A stretch of 64,000 bases of DNA from the NCBI GenBank assembly GCA_045863395.1, contig BTVJ01000007.1, positions 32,001-96,000 of the forward strand, read 5' to 3'. A program made the translations under genes and the position numbers. Of this stretch, positions 61,049-64,000 are shown one piece after another. The first letter of the stretch is position 1. Each line of letters starts with the position of its first letter. This DNA comes from Myxococcales bacterium. GTDB lineage: Bacteria; Myxococcota_A; UBA9042; JABWCM01; BTVJ01. The notes beneath the pieces are model-generated. The model was not told the origin of the DNA, did no database searches, and was given only the letters and a program-made list of their open reading frames with translations.

Positions 61049-61852
61049 TCATTGCCTCTCTGCGCTCTGTGTGCCGCGCGTAGCTTCTCGCAAAGACCGC
61101 CAGTGTTCGAATCGGAGGCGGCTCAGAGGCGGCAGCTTCTCCTTCAGCCGGGCAGCGTGATTCCGCCTCCTGACTTGATCGAACTGCATGGCGCGCAGCG
61201 CCTGTACTGCAGGCTGAAATACGAAGTGGTAGACACGCTGATCGTTGGACCAGGATGCCTCTCGATGGGCCCGTCTGCTTGTCTCGTCCGCGCTCCGCGA
61301 GTCTCGCAATTCTCGGAGCTGTGCCCGTAGAGGCCGTGGACAGTCGCGCCACGGCCGGCTCCGGTCATCGGACCGCCCTCGCTCGATGGCCGAGACAGTG
61401 GTCTGGCCGGCGAGGAAGGCCGTGGTGAGCACGACAGACGACGCCTGACTCTCCACGATGCCGACCAGACCGTCGAGGGAAAGAAATGCTGACGTACTCC
61501 CCGACGTGACAACCCAGCCGAGCCGTAGAGCGTCGTCCAATCCGCGCTGGACGACCATGGCATACGAGTCGTAGACTTCCTGCAGAGTGGCGCCACGGGT
61601 CTCCATTGCCGCCCGCAGGAGATGCTCCCTGCGGCCATGGCTGGGCGCAGACTCGATTTCATCAAGCTCAGGCGCGATGAGGCGCCAGGCCAGCGCCTCC
61701 GGCTCGCTCAGGAGGTGGCGCGCCAGGTGCTCGACCGCCGAGCCCCAGGAAGCGAACAGGCGCACTCTCCTGCCGTCCAGCCACTCGGCCGTGGCCATGC
61801 GGAGCGACTCCAGATGCTCCGGAGGGCGATTCATTTCACCGTCGTTGGGCAT
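61049..61852 (-). CDS. Hypothetical protein
   Basis: 267-aa ORF, GGAGG RBS, starts 3 nt after the upstream stop. Confidence 0.7.
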   Translation of the reverse strand: MPNDGEMNRPPEHLESLRMATAEWLDGRRVRLFASWGSAVEHLARHLLSEPEALAWRLIAPELDEIESAPSHGRREHLLRAAMETRGATLQEVYDSYAMVVQRGLDDALRLGWVVTSGSTSAFLSLDGLVGIVESQASSVVLTTAFLAGQTTVSAIERGRSDDRSRPWRDCPRPLRAQLRELRDSRSADETSRRAHREASWSNDQRVYHFVFQPAVQALRAMQFDQVRRRNHAARLKEKLPPLSRLRFEHWRSLREATRGTQSAERQ

Positions 61853-61855
61853 GGC

Positions 61856-62701
61856 TCACCTCCCTCGTTTGTGGCGGTTGCGTCCGGGGAAACGCGGAAA
61901 CAGGTCCAACAGGAGCTCCGAGAAGTGGACTTGGGGGTGGCGCGTCGCCCAGTCCGTGGCGCGACGGGTCCACTGGTAGAGCTGGTCCCTCGTGACGACG
62001 ATGAGCCGTGCGTTCGCGGCAGTCGACAGGCGCTCCACCTCCTTCGCCCGCGCATCAGCATCCGGGGGCATGTTCCTGGCGATGGCCAGTGCCGCCCATG
62101 CCTCCCACACCGCGAGCGCGGAGACCTCGACCGCGTCGCCGAGTGGCCAGGCGCCGGAGTCTCGACTCCAAGGCAGCTCCCGGCTCATCGCCTCCAGGAT
62201 CTCGTCCATCGGCACGTTCTGCTGGGCAGCCTCCACGAGGATGCGAAAGCGCGCGACGAGCAGGAGGATCGCTCGGTAGTCGACCAACTTCCCTGCGGGG
62301 CGCTTCGTGCACGCCACGCGGTCGAGCCCGGAGCACCACCTGGCGAAGCGCGGACCAATCGGCAGCGGACCCTCCGTGTCGTCCGGGTCAGGTGGCGGAG
62401 GGGTGGTTGCCTCTTTCTCGAGGCGCCTGTTCTCTGCTCTGGCCCAGTTCAAGAGGGCCTTGCGAAGGTATGCTTTCGGGAACGAGATGTCTGTTCCGGA
62501 GGCATGCTGCCCGAGGGTCCTGTTGAGGAATTGGATGCCGATGTCGTCGGAGTCGCTCCAGTACTTCGCCTTGACATGGGTGTATCGGGCGATGATGGCC
62601 CGGGCTGCGCTCCTCGCGAAGGCTTGGAGCTCCGGCAGCTCCATGTCTCCGATGCGCATCCAGCGGCTTTGGTCGTCGGGTGGGTCGATGTGGTCGCTCA
62701 T
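61856..62701 (-). CDS. Divergent ECF sigma-factor-like protein
   Basis: Region-2-like DSDDIGIQFL...FPKAYLRKALLNWARAENRR and a C-terminal region-4-like TRDQLYQWTRRA; start at ATG 62701 inferred. Confidence 0.5.
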   Translation of the reverse strand: MSDHIDPPDDQSRWMRIGDMELPELQAFARSAARAIIARYTHVKAKYWSDSDDIGIQFLNRTLGQHASGTDISFPKAYLRKALLNWARAENRRLEKEATTPPPPDPDDTEGPLPIGPRFARWCSGLDRVACTKRPAGKLVDYRAILLLVARFRILVEAAQQNVPMDEILEAMSRELPWSRDSGAWPLGDAVEVSALAVWEAWAALAIARNMPPDADARAKEVERLSTAANARLIVVTRDQLYQWTRRATDWATRHPQVHFSELLLDLFPRFPGRNRHKRGR

Positions 62702-63129
62702 GGAGTCACCCCGTGGCTGGTCGATGCCCTCGACCCTACCAGCATGTTCCACCACCTGTCTACGCGTGCCGGCGCTCTCCGCTGTGATCGCTGTCAGACG
62801 GCGTGTGGGTTCCACGGGGGGCGGGTCATGCAAGCCGTCAGAAGGATCGTGGTCGGTTCGCCCGTCCCTCAAGGGACCTCCCATGGGGTTGGTGCCCTCA
62901 CCGTGCGGTGCCGTCGCCCGCGCGGTCAGGGCCGTCACTGCGCGGGCACACCATGTGGCTCCCGGCCAGCGCAATGGAGGAGAGTCTCGTCTTGCGTGGA
63001 TCTGACGAGAAACCTGTCCGCGGGATGTTCAGGCGTCCTCAAGGGCCTCCGTCCTTTGCGGCGCCACCGTGTCGCAGTGGCTCGAACCATCAGACTTGCC
63101 AGACTCGCGGGCGTGCCACGTCCGGTGTC

Positions 63130-64000
63130 CTACGGCGCTCCGGGTGGCTGCGGCGGGTTCGGTGGCATGGGTCGGTCGAGCTGTGCGGGTGGGTCCGGCG
63201 GCGCGGGCGCGTCGATGGGCACCTCAGCGGGGGGCGCATCGGGGGGCAGGGGCATCGCTGGGGGCTCAGGGGGCGCCAGGTCCGCCGGGGTTGGAGGTGC
63301 CGGGATGGCGAGCCCCGGCTCTGGCAGGTCCGCCAGGGCGCGGCGCAGCTCGTCGGCGCGATCCTGGGCGGTCCAGCGCTCTCTGCGGGAAGCCTCGTCC
63401 TGCTCGATGAGCTCCACCACGGACTTGGCGATGGTGGCCGCGGCATCGGGGATGGGCGCCGGCATGACCTGGGCGCCGCGGGCGACGAAGGCGCCGCCCT
63501 GGACGCTGCCGGACGCAGCGAGGACCCCGACGGTGCTGAAGATGCGGTCACCGAGACGGAGCTGGGCGTCCTCGCGGCGCTTCTCCAGGTCGGCGAGGGT
63601 CTTCTTCGCGGCCTGGTACTGGGCGAGGAGCTTCTTCTGCTCCGGAGACGCGTCGTCGGGGAGCGTCACGTCCGGCTCGGGCCAGGACCCCTGGAAGAGC
63701 AGGAAGAGCAGGCCGGCGAGGCGGTGGTCGTAGAGCATCATCGCGGAGGGCTCGGGGGTGGACAGCGCCTGGCCCACGGGGGTTCCCTCCAGGGAGGTGA
63801 GGAGCCTGGCCGCGCCGGCGGCCAGTCGCTCAAAGGCTCCCGGGTCGCTCGTGATGAGCACGGTGTCGCCGACCACCCCGACGTGCACGTCGTGCCAGTC
63901 GGGCACCTTGACCCGCGCCCGGTCTCCCTCCACGGTGACCAGCTCGGAGATCTCCGACACCTTCCAGACGGAGTTCAGCGCCTCCTTGGCCTTCGCTGGA
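63130..64000 (-). CDS. Hypothetical protein, 5' end outside the window; coiled coil and Pro-rich C-terminus
   Basis: Open frame continuing to the window edge with host-like codon bias. Confidence 0.65.
   Translation of the reverse strand, partial: PAKAKEALNSVWKVSEISELVTVEGDRARVKVPDWHDVHVGVVGDTVLITSDPGAFERLAAGAARLLTSLEGTPVGQALSTPEPSAMMLYDHRLAGLLFLLFQGSWPEPDVTLPDDASPEQKKLLAQYQAAKKTLADLEKRREDAQLRLGDRIFSTVGVLAASGSVQGGAFVARGAQVMPAPIPDAAATIAKSVVELIEQDEASRRERWTAQDRADELRRALADLPEPGLAIPAPPTPADLAPPEPPAMPLPPDAPPAEVPIDAPAPPDPPAQLDRPMPPNPPQPPGAP

Noticed and set aside
54500..62701. Canonical CBASS type II or CRISPR type III accessory locus
   Set aside because: No CD-NTase, SAVED/CARF or cas gene motifs could be recognised in the window.

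Overview
High-GC bacterial chromosome segment (roughly 70% GC by eye). It is most consistent with Myxococcota or a related deltaproteobacterial lineage, based on the split nuoEF-JKLMN operon, a MYXO-CTERM-like tail, many Cys-rich lipoproteins and the tRNA cluster upstream of tig. Core region 1-31 kb: partial tig, five tRNAs (Arg-TCT, His, Arg-TCG, Lys, Leu), nuoEFJKLMN, asnB-like and RNase Z-like genes, a class III aminotransferase coupled to a LuxE-LuxC fusion, a REC-GGDEF protein, groES/groEL, and an MBL-M6 protease-LON_N-oppD/F-like-GT-C run. Accessory region 31-64 kb: two copies of a 68-bp palindromic element bracketing an OYE/SDR/TetR/lipase/giant Cys-repeat block; an OPT transporter; Cys-rich lipoproteins; a three-gene nitrogenase-like operon (NifH-like plus two divergent component-1 subunits lacking P-cluster/FeMo-co ligands) divergent from a heme-c sensor kinase/NarL-type pair, with a collapsed second copy 4-7 kb away; and a compositionally distinct 8-gene island with an ECF-sigma-like gene, two unknowns, a Lon-like Ser-Lys protease and a JAB-E2-small protein-E1(ThiF) ubiquitin-like module that appears partly decayed. 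All assignments come from motif reading only; no database searches were run.
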